NCBI GenBank assembly: GCA_027487775.1
Contig: JAIYCY010000025.1
Span: 179,692-211,691, forward strand
Direction of reading: 5' to 3'
Source: Planctomycetaceae bacterium
GTDB taxonomy: Bacteria > Planctomycetota > Phycisphaerae > Tepidisphaerales > Tepidisphaeraceae
DNA: 32,000 nt
Position 1 is the first letter of the stretch. Every line of letters starts with the position of its first letter. Below, piece after piece: positions 8,521 through 16,621 of the stretch. A program made the translations under genes and the position numbers. The notes under the pieces were generated by a model. That model saw only the letters and a program-made list of their open reading frames with translations. It had not been told where the DNA came from and made no database searches.

Positions 8521-9443
8521 GCCTCACCCCTCGCACAAGGGGCGTGCCTGGCCTCGCCGTCGTGATGGCCATCCACAACGGCGCGCGATTTCTCGCCGAG
8601 TCGATCGAAAGCATCCTGAACCAGAGCATCCGTGACTTTGAGTTCATCATCATTGACGACGGCTCGACCGACGCCTCGCCTCAAATCCTGGCGAAGTTCG
8701 CAGTTAGCGACTCTCGCATTCGCATCATCACACAGGTCAACGCCGGCCTGACCGCGTCACTCAATCGGGCGATCGACTCGACCGACGCCCAGATCATCGC
8801 CCGCATGGACGGCGACGACATCGCCCATCCCGCTCGACTTGCGATGCAGCTTGCACATCTCGAAGCGCACCCGGAGGTCGTCTGTCTCGGCTCGCGCGTC
8901 GAACTCATCGACGATCTGGGCGCGCAGGTCGATCGACACGAGCATCCGCTCACACACGAGGAGATCGGTCGTGATTTACTGCGCGGGATCGGCTGGTCGA
9001 TCGTGCATCCGAGCGCGATGTTCCGACGTGAGGCTTTCGAGCGGGCGGGCCGGTATGACACGCGATATCGCACCGGGCAGGATCTGGATCTGTTTCTACG
9101 ACTCGCGGAGATCGGACGACTCGCGAATCTCCCTGAGAAGCTTTTGAAGTATCGACAGCACCCCGCCAGCACGAACTTCACCAAGGACCAGAAGGCGACG
9201 CTGCTCAAGCGTCAGATGGTCGCCGAGGCGTGCGTGCGACGCGGATTGCCATCGCCGGACGAGTCGCAGCTGGTCTTCTTTCCACGTCGACCGCTGGCCG
9301 AGCAGCATCGTCGCTGGGGCTGGTTCGCGTTGCGTGATGGCAACTCGAAGGCGGCGCGTCACCATGCGCTGCGATCGCTTGCGCATTCGCCGATGTCGAT
9401 GGAATCGTGGAAGCTTCTGCTGTGTGGAGTTCGAGGTCGGTAG
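8517..9443 (+). CDS. Family-2 glycosyltransferase (paralogue of module 2 of the preceding gene)
   Basis: The ATG at 8517 overlaps the upstream TGA (ATGA). MSLTPRTRGVPGLAVVMAIHNGARFLAESIESILNQSIRDFEFIIIDDGSTD...RMDGDDIAHPARL...QDLDLFLRLAEIG. The 59 codons the track adds upstream lie inside the previous gene. Confidence 0.85.
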   Translation: MSLTPRTRGVPGLAVVMAIHNGARFLAESIESILNQSIRDFEFIIIDDGSTDASPQILAKFAVSDSRIRIITQVNAGLTASLNRAIDSTDAQIIARMDGDDIAHPARLAMQLAHLEAHPEVVCLGSRVELIDDLGAQVDRHEHPLTHEEIGRDLLRGIGWSIVHPSAMFRREAFERAGRYDTRYRTGQDLDLFLRLAEIGRLANLPEKLLKYRQHPASTNFTKDQKATLLKRQMVAEACVRRGLPSPDESQLVFFPRRPLAEQHRRWGWFALRDGNSKAARHHALRSLAHSPMSMESWKLLLCGVRGR

Positions 9444-9472
9444 GCGTTTTGAATGAGGAACAGGATCGATCG

Positions 9473-10393
9473 ATGCCACGCATAAGCGTCATCATGGGCA
9501 CCCATAACGCCGGCGGATTCCTCGATGAAGCCGTCGGCAGCATCCTCGCGCAGACGTGCACGGACTTTGAGTTCATCATCATCGACGACGGCTCGACCGA
9601 TGAGACGGCAAAGCGTCTGTCTCTGTTCGCAGTGAATGATGCGCGCATTCGATTGATTGCGCGTGGCAATCGCGGGCTGACGCCGACCTTGAACGAGGCC
9701 GCGCGTCTTGCGACTGGGGCGTTACTCGCGCGGATGGATGCCGACGACATCTCGACCGTCGATCGCTTTGCGAGGCAGATCGCGTTTATGGACGCGCATC
9801 CTGAATGCGTCGCGCTGGGCGGTGCGTATGATATGATCGACGAGTCCGGGCGTCGTTTTCATCAGATGCAGCAGCCGCTGGACAACGCGGGCAATCAGGA
9901 GGCTTGTCTGTCGGGTCGACCGAGCCTCTGTCATCCGCTGGTGATGATGCGTCGCGACGCTTTCGATCGCGTTGGCGGATATGACGAATCGTATCGCGTC
10001 GCGCAGGATAACGATCTATGGCTAAGGCTGGGCGAGATCGGAGAATTGCGCTGCTTGCCGGAGGTGATCCTCAAATATCGACAGCACGCAAAGAGCATCA
10101 GCGAAGCCCGACAGAGAGAGCAGATAGAGAGCCTTCGACGAGGATGCGAAGCCGCGTGCCGTCGTCGCGGAATCGTGCGGCCGTTCCTCGCCGATGCCGG
10201 CTGGCGCAGCGACGGTTCGCGATCAGCGCTCTTTGAGCAGCATCTCCGTTACGGCTGGTGGGCATGGAAGCTTCGCGAGTATTCCACCGCCCGTCACTAC
10301 GCCCATCTTGCGATGAAGATTCGCCCGCTAAGCGTCCGTCCGCTCAAACTCATCTGGGCCTCCCGTCACCTCTCGACATCGACCCCAACATGA
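9473..10393 (+). CDS. Family-2 glycosyltransferase (third paralogue)
   Basis: MPRISVIMGTHNAGGFLDEAVGSILAQTCTDFEFIIIDDGSTDET...RMDADDIS...QDNDLWLRLGEIG. Start taken at ATG 9473, 29 nt after the previous stop. Confidence 0.85.
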   Translation: MPRISVIMGTHNAGGFLDEAVGSILAQTCTDFEFIIIDDGSTDETAKRLSLFAVNDARIRLIARGNRGLTPTLNEAARLATGALLARMDADDISTVDRFARQIAFMDAHPECVALGGAYDMIDESGRRFHQMQQPLDNAGNQEACLSGRPSLCHPLVMMRRDAFDRVGGYDESYRVAQDNDLWLRLGEIGELRCLPEVILKYRQHAKSISEARQREQIESLRRGCEAACRRRGIVRPFLADAGWRSDGSRSALFEQHLRYGWWAWKLREYSTARHYAHLAMKIRPLSVRPLKLIWASRHLSTSTPT

Positions 10394-11349
10394 ACGACGC
10401 ACTCATCTCCATCATCATGCCGATGCGGGACGCCGAGCGCTATGTCGACGAGGCGATCCGCAGCCTGCTGGCGCAGCGTGACGTGTCGATCGAGATCGTG
10501 GTGATCGACGACGGTTCGACCGATCGATCGGCGGACATCATTCGCGCGATCGACGACGCTCGCATTCGTTTGATCCCCGGCCCGCAGAGGGGAATCGCGG
10601 CGGCGCTGAATGCGGGGCTTGCGGCTGCGCGTGGCGAGTACTTTGCACGCTGCGACGCCGACGACGTCTACGCGCCTGATCGCCTGGCCCGACAACTCGC
10701 GGTCCTTCGCACCCGCCCCGACTTCGCCGCAGTCTGTGGGAAATACGTCCTGATGACTGCTTCCGGTCGCGAGGTGCTCGATCCGGTTCATCATGATCAA
10801 CCTGAAGACATCACCTCCGAATTGCGGCGTGGCGTCGGTCGAACGCACCTCTGCACCTATCTCGTTCGCATGAACGTCGTCCGATCACTTGAGGGCTTTC
10901 GCGACTTCTTCGTGGGCACTGAGGATTCTGATTTTCTGCTTCGCCTCGGCGACTCCGCTCGCGTGTGGTATGAGCCGTCGCGCGACTATTTTTACCGCCT
11001 ACATGGCGAATCGATCACGCACAAGCAGCCGAGCGCGCTACGCGACTGGTACGAACGCACGATGCTGGAGTTCCAGAAGCAGCGGCAGTCGCGCGGACAG
11101 GATGATCTGCAACTCGGTCATCCTCCGACGGTTCCTGTCTTCAACGCGATAGCGAAAAGTCCTGCGCGGCAGATGCAGGAAGTTTTGCTGGGGCGTGCAT
11201 GGAAGCTGCATCACGCAGGCCAGAAGCGATCGGCGATCGCGATCGGGCTGCGCGGGTGCCTCGCGCGTCCGATCACGCTACGAGCTTGGCGAAGTTTTGT
11301 GGCACTTGTGCTGAAATCGCCGCGTTCCTCGTCCGTGCGGTCCGTTTAG
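10390..11349 (+). CDS. Family-2 glycosyltransferase (more divergent member of the same array)
   Basis: The ATG at 10390 overlaps the upstream TGA (ATGA). MNDALISIIMPMRDAERYVDEAIRSLLAQRDVSIEIVVIDDGSTDRS...RCDADDVYAPDRL...EDSDFLLRLG. Confidence 0.8.
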   Translation: MNDALISIIMPMRDAERYVDEAIRSLLAQRDVSIEIVVIDDGSTDRSADIIRAIDDARIRLIPGPQRGIAAALNAGLAAARGEYFARCDADDVYAPDRLARQLAVLRTRPDFAAVCGKYVLMTASGREVLDPVHHDQPEDITSELRRGVGRTHLCTYLVRMNVVRSLEGFRDFFVGTEDSDFLLRLGDSARVWYEPSRDYFYRLHGESITHKQPSALRDWYERTMLEFQKQRQSRGQDDLQLGHPPTVPVFNAIAKSPARQMQEVLLGRAWKLHHAGQKRSAIAIGLRGCLARPITLRAWRSFVALVLKSPRSSSVRSV

Positions 11350-11445
11350 TCTCATGAACATGATCGGACGCAAGAACACGGCGTATTGACTTCATTTTTT
11401 CATCGACTTCCGTCACCGCTTGCGTCGATATTGTACATAGAGTGA

Positions 11446-11721
11446 GTGATGAACCCCGGAGCGATCCATCCCCTGGCCAGTGCGCTGGCGGCCGGCCCTC
11501 AGTCGGCTGACGCGGTGGCGCGTCAGCAGGCCCGCCGTCTGCAACGCATGGAACGTGCGCCCTCGTCGATCGCGTCCGAAGACGAGTACGTCGAGCGCCC
11601 TGTCGAAGACGCATCCGCGGTCGAAGCGCCGGGTGATCCGCCCGAACACGAACAGCAACAGCGTCGTCGCAACCGCACGAAGCCCGAGACGCCCTTCCCG
11701 CGCCTTGATCTGACCGCGTGA
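11446..11721 (+). CDS. Hypothetical small (91 aa) low-complexity, probably disordered protein
   Basis: GC3 in this frame is high (about three quarters by hand count), consistent with coding. It has no recognisable domain and is rich in Ala/Glu/Arg/Pro. It lies 84 nt upstream of dnaE2 on the same strand. Confidence 0.35.
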   Translation: MMNPGAIHPLASALAAGPQSADAVARQQARRLQRMERAPSSIASEDEYVERPVEDASAVEAPGDPPEHEQQQRRRNRTKPETPFPRLDLTA

Positions 11722-11805
11722 TCCTTGCCGACGCCCGGCCCCGATCAGGATCTTCAACAGAATTATGCTTGACCGGACCTAATCCGTACATTTACCGTAC
11801 TCGGC

Positions 11806-14800
11806 ATGCCCGAGTCGCCGCATCCCAAACTGCGCCCACCGCCCGCCGATTGCGTTTCGTCAGGCGATGCTCCGATCGACGACGCAGCCGTGCCAGATTG
11901 GGCTGAGCTGACCTCCATCACGAATTTTTCATTCCTGCGCGGTGCGAGCCACGCCGAAGAACTCATGAAGGCCGCCGCCCGGCTCGGTCATCGCGCGGTC
12001 GGCGTTGCGGATCACAACACGCTCGCGGGCATCGTTCGCGCTCACACGGCAGCGCGGGATGCGGGAGTTCGACTCGTCGTCGGCGCACGGCTTGATCTGG
12101 CATGCGGTACGCGCATCGTCGTGTGGCCTCAGTCGCGAAGCGGATACGCGGCCCTCTGTCGCCTGCTCACGCTCGGCAAATCGCGCGTCGAAAAGGGTGA
12201 GTTTCTTTTGCACACTCACGAATTCCTCGCGGACGCTTCCGACCTGCAGGTCGTTGTCCTGCCTGAGTCGCTTCACGATGACTCGTCACGATTCGTCGCA
12301 CAGCACGACTCGATCGACTCGCTTCGCGCGGGACTCTCGCATCGACTCTCGCTGGCGATTTCGCTGCATCACGAGCCGGACAACCTTCGCTCGATCGCGC
12401 GGCATCTCGAGTGGTCGCGTGCCTTTGATCTGCCTTTGCTCGCGCATAACGACGTGCACTATCACGTCCCCGAGCGAAGGCCTCTTCAGGACGTGTTGAC
12501 GTGCATTCGGCATGGCTGTTCGATCGAGGAGGCGGGGCATCGGCTGTTTGCCAACGCCGAGCGACATCTCAAGCCGCCTGAGGCGATGCATCGACTCTTT
12601 GCCGATCTTCCGCAGGCGATTCGGCGATCGCTCGACGTGGCCGATGCGTGTCGATTTTCGCTTGATGAGCTTCGCTATGAGTATCCGCACGAACTGGTGC
12701 CCGAGGGGCTTTCGCCGATCGAGCATTTGCGGCGACTGACCGAAGCTGGTGCCGCCGACCGATTTCCTGATGGCGTGCCGGATCGGGTGCGTGGTCAGAT
12801 CGAGCATGAGCTGCGATTAATCGATCAGCTTCATTTCGCCTACTACTTTTTGACGGTGCATGATCTTGTGGTTTTTGCGCGATCGCGTGGGATTTTGTGT
12901 CAGGGGCGCGGATCGGCGGCGAATAGCGCGGTCTGCTACTGCCTCGGTGTGACGGCGGTCGATCCGTCGCGGATCGATCTGCTGTTCGAGCGTTTCATCA
13001 GCGCTGCGCGTAACGAACCGCCGGACATTGATGTCGATTTCGAGCACGAGCGACGCGAGGAAGTGATCCAGTACATCTATCAGAAGTACGGACGCCATCG
13101 CGCGGGCATGACGGCGGAGGTCATCACCTATCGCGGCCGCAGCGCCGTACGGGAGGTGGGCCGGGCGCTCGGCCTGGGCCTTGATCAGGTGGATCAGATG
13201 GCCAAGCGTCTGGACTGGTGGCATCGCGGGGTGTTAACCGACGCGCAGCTTGTCGAAGCGGGGCTGGATCCGACTGACGCAAACGTCCAGCGGATCATCG
13301 CGCTTTCGTCGGAGATTCTTGGATTCCCGCGACATCTCGGGCAACACGTCGGTGGGATGGTGATGACGCAGTCGCCCTTGTGTGAGCTCGTGCCGATCGA
13401 GAACGCCCGGATGGCCGACCGCACGATCATCGAATGGGACAAGGACGACATCGACGCGATGGGGATGGTGAAGGTGGATTGCCTGGCCCTTGGCATGCTA
13501 ACCGCGATCTCGCGTGCCTTTGGGATGATTGGGGGATGGGAAAACGCGAAGGCGCACGAACGAGGAATGATGAGCGATGAGCGATGTCATGACGAAGATG
13601 ACAAGACGAATACGAATCATGTTGAATTGAAAAGACGTGATGCGACCCTGACCGCGGAGCGATCGCACATCGCTCATCGTTCATCGCTCATCGCTCACCG
13701 ACCTTCCCTCAACATTCCCCCCGACGATGCCCGCGTGTACGACATGATGTGTCGGGCTGATACGATCGGCGTGTTTCAAATCGAGTCGCGGGCGCAGATG
13801 TCGATGTTGCCGCGGCTTCGGCCCCGCAGTTTCTACGATCTGGTGATCGAAGTCGCGATCGTGAGGCCCGGTCCGATTCAGGGGGACATGGTGCATCCGT
13901 ATCTTCGTCGTCGCAACGGGGAAGAGTCTGTGGACTATCCGAGCGACGCGCTTCGATCGGTGCTCGAGAAGACCCTGGGCGTGCCGCTCTTTCAGGAGCA
14001 GGCGATGAAAGTCGCGATGGTGGCGGCGGGTTTCAGTGCTGAGGAGGCCGACCAGCTTCGTCGCGCGATGGCCGCCTGGCGTAAGACGGACAAGCTCAGC
14101 GCATTTTACGATCGCATCATCCAAGGCATGATCGCACGCGGTTACGCACCCGAATTCGCCGAGCGCACGTTCAATCAGATCAAAGGCTTCGGCGAATACG
14201 GCTTCCCTGAAAGCCACGCCGCCAGCTTCGCGCAACTCGTCTACGTCAGCGCCTGGATTAAGCGCCATCACCCCGCCGCTTTTTGCGCTGCACTCATCAA
14301 CAGCCAGCCCATGGGCTTCTACGCCCCCGCCCAACTCGTCCGCGATGCACGCGATCACGGCGTACCCGTCAGGCCTGCCGACGTCAATCACAGCAACCAC
14401 GACTGCACACTCGAAGACGATCACGCGATGGATCACGACACCCAATCAAAGGCTCCAAACAGCGCGACCCTACACGCGGACACCGATCTCGATCCCACGC
14501 TCGACGATCCGTCAACCTACGGCGTCGGCGGACCTGCAATGCGACTCGGGCTGCGCATGATCAAAGGCCTGCAGGAAACCTGGTCGCGACAGATCGAAGC
14601 AGCCCGCGCTCGCGTCGGCAGGTTTAGCAGCGTCGAACACTTTCAGCGCGCGACGAATCTCCCGAGGCCCGCCATCGAAAGGCTCGCCGAGGCGGACGCG
14701 TTTGCATCGCTGGCGTTGTCGCGTCGTGAGTCGCTCTGGGACGGGCTGGGACTTGAGTCCGCGCCTTCGCCGCTGATCGATCCAACATCTCAAGTCCGAA

Positions 14801-15288
14801 AGAACAACGATGCACCCAACGACCCGATCGCAACCCAACCAACCCCCGCCGACTATCTGCCCACGATGTCGCTCGGTCAGGAGGTCTTGAGCGATTATGC
14901 AACGACCGGTCTGTCGCTGAAGCGTCATCCCATGGCGCTGGTCAGGCCCGACCTCGCGCGGCTGGGCATTCGCCGCGCACGCGAGGCGACTTCGCTCGGT
15001 CACGGATCGCGCGTCAGCGTCTGCGGATTGGTGCTGATTCGGCAGAGGCCCGGCACGGCTTCCGGGATCGTTTTTATCACCCTCGAGGACGAAACCGGCA
15101 TCGTCAATCTGATCGTCAGGCCAAAGCTCTACGAGCGATTCAGGTCTGCCGCCCGACACTCTGCGGTGCTTCAGTGCGACGGCACACTCGAACGCCGCGG
15201 CGACATCGTTCACGTGATGGCAAGGCGACTCATCGATCGAAGCCAAGTCCTCGCGGGACTGGACATTTCGAGCCGGGACTTCCATTGA
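11806..15288 (+). CDS. dnaE2: Error-prone DNA polymerase DnaE2/ImuC (Pol III alpha-subunit paralogue)
   Basis: 1160 aa. N-terminal PHP signature ELTSITNFSFLRGASHAEEL...VGVADHNTLAGIVRAH. Also CQGRGSAANSAVCYCLGVT, DIDVDFEHERREEVIQY, RADTIGVFQIESRAQMSMLPRLRPRSFYDLVIEVAIVRPGPIQGDMVHPYLRRRNGEE, and a C-terminal OB-fold region. Confidence 0.9.
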   Translation: MPESPHPKLRPPPADCVSSGDAPIDDAAVPDWAELTSITNFSFLRGASHAEELMKAAARLGHRAVGVADHNTLAGIVRAHTAARDAGVRLVVGARLDLACGTRIVVWPQSRSGYAALCRLLTLGKSRVEKGEFLLHTHEFLADASDLQVVVLPESLHDDSSRFVAQHDSIDSLRAGLSHRLSLAISLHHEPDNLRSIARHLEWSRAFDLPLLAHNDVHYHVPERRPLQDVLTCIRHGCSIEEAGHRLFANAERHLKPPEAMHRLFADLPQAIRRSLDVADACRFSLDELRYEYPHELVPEGLSPIEHLRRLTEAGAADRFPDGVPDRVRGQIEHELRLIDQLHFAYYFLTVHDLVVFARSRGILCQGRGSAANSAVCYCLGVTAVDPSRIDLLFERFISAARNEPPDIDVDFEHERREEVIQYIYQKYGRHRAGMTAEVITYRGRSAVREVGRALGLGLDQVDQMAKRLDWWHRGVLTDAQLVEAGLDPTDANVQRIIALSSEILGFPRHLGQHVGGMVMTQSPLCELVPIENARMADRTIIEWDKDDIDAMGMVKVDCLALGMLTAISRAFGMIGGWENAKAHERGMMSDERCHDEDDKTNTNHVELKRRDATLTAERSHIAHRSSLIAHRPSLNIPPDDARVYDMMCRADTIGVFQIESRAQMSMLPRLRPRSFYDLVIEVAIVRPGPIQGDMVHPYLRRRNGEESVDYPSDALRSVLEKTLGVPLFQEQAMKVAMVAAGFSAEEADQLRRAMAAWRKTDKLSAFYDRIIQGMIARGYAPEFAERTFNQIKGFGEYGFPESHAASFAQLVYVSAWIKRHHPAAFCAALINSQPMGFYAPAQLVRDARDHGVPVRPADVNHSNHDCTLEDDHAMDHDTQSKAPNSATLHADTDLDPTLDDPSTYGVGGPAMRLGLRMIKGLQETWSRQIEAARARVGRFSSVEHFQRATNLPRPAIERLAEADAFASLALSRRESLWDGLGLESAPSPLIDPTSQVRKNNDAPNDPIATQPTPADYLPTMSLGQEVLSDYATTGLSLKRHPMALVRPDLARLGIRRAREATSLGHGSRVSVCGLVLIRQRPGTASGIVFITLEDETGIVNLIVRPKLYERFRSAARHSAVLQCDGTLERRGDIVHVMARRLIDRSQVLAGLDISSRDFH
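13571..13697. repeat. 16-bp perfect inverted repeat pair flanking a low-GC segment inside dnaE2
   Basis: TGAGCGATGAGCGATG (13571-13586) and its exact reverse complement CATCGCTCATCGCTCA (13682-13697). Extra partial copies are GATGAGCGATGT at 13576-13587 and ACATCGCTCATC at 13667-13678. The centre (GACGAAGATGACAAGACGAATACGAATCATGTTGAATTGAAAAGACG) is clearly AT-richer than the gene. Confidence 0.8.
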
Positions 15289-15591
15289 ATCCAACCGTCT
15301 CATCCCGCACAGCACCGGCTATAAACATGCGTCCGAAAATGACATCGACACCTCGTACCAAAACAGCTAAGGTGCAATAACCGACGTCACCACAGGACTA
15401 ACGGAACCACCTGTGCCGTGTCTGACGTCTAGGGAAACAGGCCGAACGGATTCGAGCCGATTCTGACGCAAGATGTGTCAAGGATGGGGAAAGCTGCGCT
15501 CCCATCCACCCGATATCACCGGCGTCCACAGTGCTGAATCGCGACGAATCGCGCAGTGCTCTGTGGGCAAGGTCCGGATTCGGGAGAAATT

Positions 15592-16464
15592 ATGCGTCCG
15601 TTCAAAGCAATCATCCTCTGCCTCGCGCTCCTCGTCATCACACCGGCGATCGGCTGTTCGTCGATGAAGCCGGGCAGCGTCAAGAGCATTACGCCCGTCA
15701 CCGATCGCGAGCGTGTCGGCAGCGTCTATCTGCTTCGCGGGTGGATCGGCATCTTCTCCACAGGCATCGACAAGCTCGGCAAGGACATCAATTCCGCCGG
15801 CGTGCATGCCGAAGTCTTCCAGGAGAGCCAAACCTGGGCACTCTCGCGCGTCATCGCAGAGCGCTACGCCAACCAGCCGCGCCACGAACCCATCGTACTC
15901 ATCGGACACAGCTACGGTGCTGACGGAACCATCGACATCGCCCGACAACTCGCCGCCCACAACGTCCGCGTCAGTCTCATCGTCACGCTCGATCCCGTCA
16001 CGCCCGCCAAAGTCCCCGCCAACGTTGATCGTGTCGTCAACCTCTACCAATCCGGCGCCCTCGACGCTCTTCCATTCCTACGCGGAATCCCGCTCATACC
16101 CGACGAGCCCGGCCCGGTCGCTCTCGAAAACATCAACATCCGCACCGATCGCACCGACCTGCTCGAACCCGGCCTTGATCATTTCAACATCGAAAAGAAG
16201 GAAAAGATCCAAGCCGAAGTCATCGCACAAGTGCTCGCCGTCTGCGAACCGCGCACGGCGTGGTCCGCACGCCAGCTCGCTCGCGACATCGCTCTCGCCT
16301 CCGCCAACCCCTCGCCCGAACCCCAGGGCGACAACCCCAACACCGCAGACGAACCGACCAACACGACCGATCAACTCGAATCCAACATCGATCGATCCAC
16401 CAATACAGATCAAGCGCCCGATATCCACCACGCCGCCGTCAGCACGATTATCAGCAGCGATTGA
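15592..16464 (+). CDS. Lipoprotein with alpha/beta-hydrolase (esterase/lipase-like) fold and a low-complexity C-terminal tail
   Basis: ATG 15592 is preceded by GGGAGAAATT. Signal peptide plus lipobox: MRPFKAIILCLALLVITPAIGC. Nucleophile elbow VLIGHSYGADG. The C-terminal roughly 50 aa are Pro/Asn/Thr/Asp-rich. Confidence 0.7.
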   Translation: MRPFKAIILCLALLVITPAIGCSSMKPGSVKSITPVTDRERVGSVYLLRGWIGIFSTGIDKLGKDINSAGVHAEVFQESQTWALSRVIAERYANQPRHEPIVLIGHSYGADGTIDIARQLAAHNVRVSLIVTLDPVTPAKVPANVDRVVNLYQSGALDALPFLRGIPLIPDEPGPVALENINIRTDRTDLLEPGLDHFNIEKKEKIQAEVIAQVLAVCEPRTAWSARQLARDIALASANPSPEPQGDNPNTADEPTNTTDQLESNIDRSTNTDQAPDIHHAAVSTIISSD

Positions 16465-16621
16465 CCGGCATTTCTGCATCGGGTCGACACGTTCACCCTC
16501 CGACCGATGACCGAGTCACCCTCGCTCATCGGTCTTGTTGGTTCGTCGAGTCATTCCAGAAAGCCGATCGATTCATACCCAGCCTCTTGAAGTCTGACGA
16601 TTCGTGCGATAATCGCTAGTC

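Noticed and set aside
11356-11377. GAACA...GAACA pair upstream of the small ORF, considered as a LexA box
   Set aside because: The units are direct repeats, not inverted, and are separated by 14 nt. They match neither the alphaproteobacterial GAAC-N7-GAAC motif nor the TGTTC-N4-GAACA type.
13540-13700. Possibility that the dnaE2 insertion is an intein or mini-intein
   Set aside because: It is only about 50 residues long. It lacks a Cys/Ser at the N-junction, the His-Asn plus nucleophile at the C-junction, and any recognisable intein block.
14400-14520. Second extra acidic segment in DnaE2 (DDHAMDHDTQSKAPNSATLHADTDLDPTLDDPSTYG)
   Set aside because: It has normal GC and no flanking repeats. 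It lies in a region I recall as length-variable among DnaE2 proteins, so it is probably a lineage-specific loop.
15289-15591. Several small hairpins and direct repeats in the dnaE2-lipoprotein spacer (GACGTC...GACGTC around 15373-15429; GATGGG/CCCATC 15483-15506; CACAG...CTGTG with inner CGCGA-CGAA-TCGCG around 15528-15566)
   Set aside because: The stems are short (5-6 bp). They match no riboswitch or sRNA family I recognise, and structures like these arise easily by chance in GC-rich spacers. They may be 5'-UTR structure, but the support is insufficient.
16587-16615. TTGAAG-N15-GATAAT upstream of the ICMT gene, as a sigma-70 promoter giving a near-leaderless mRNA
   Set aside because: The spacing is suboptimal and promoter consensus in this lineage is uncertain. 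It is a plausible site, but not strong enough to report as a feature.
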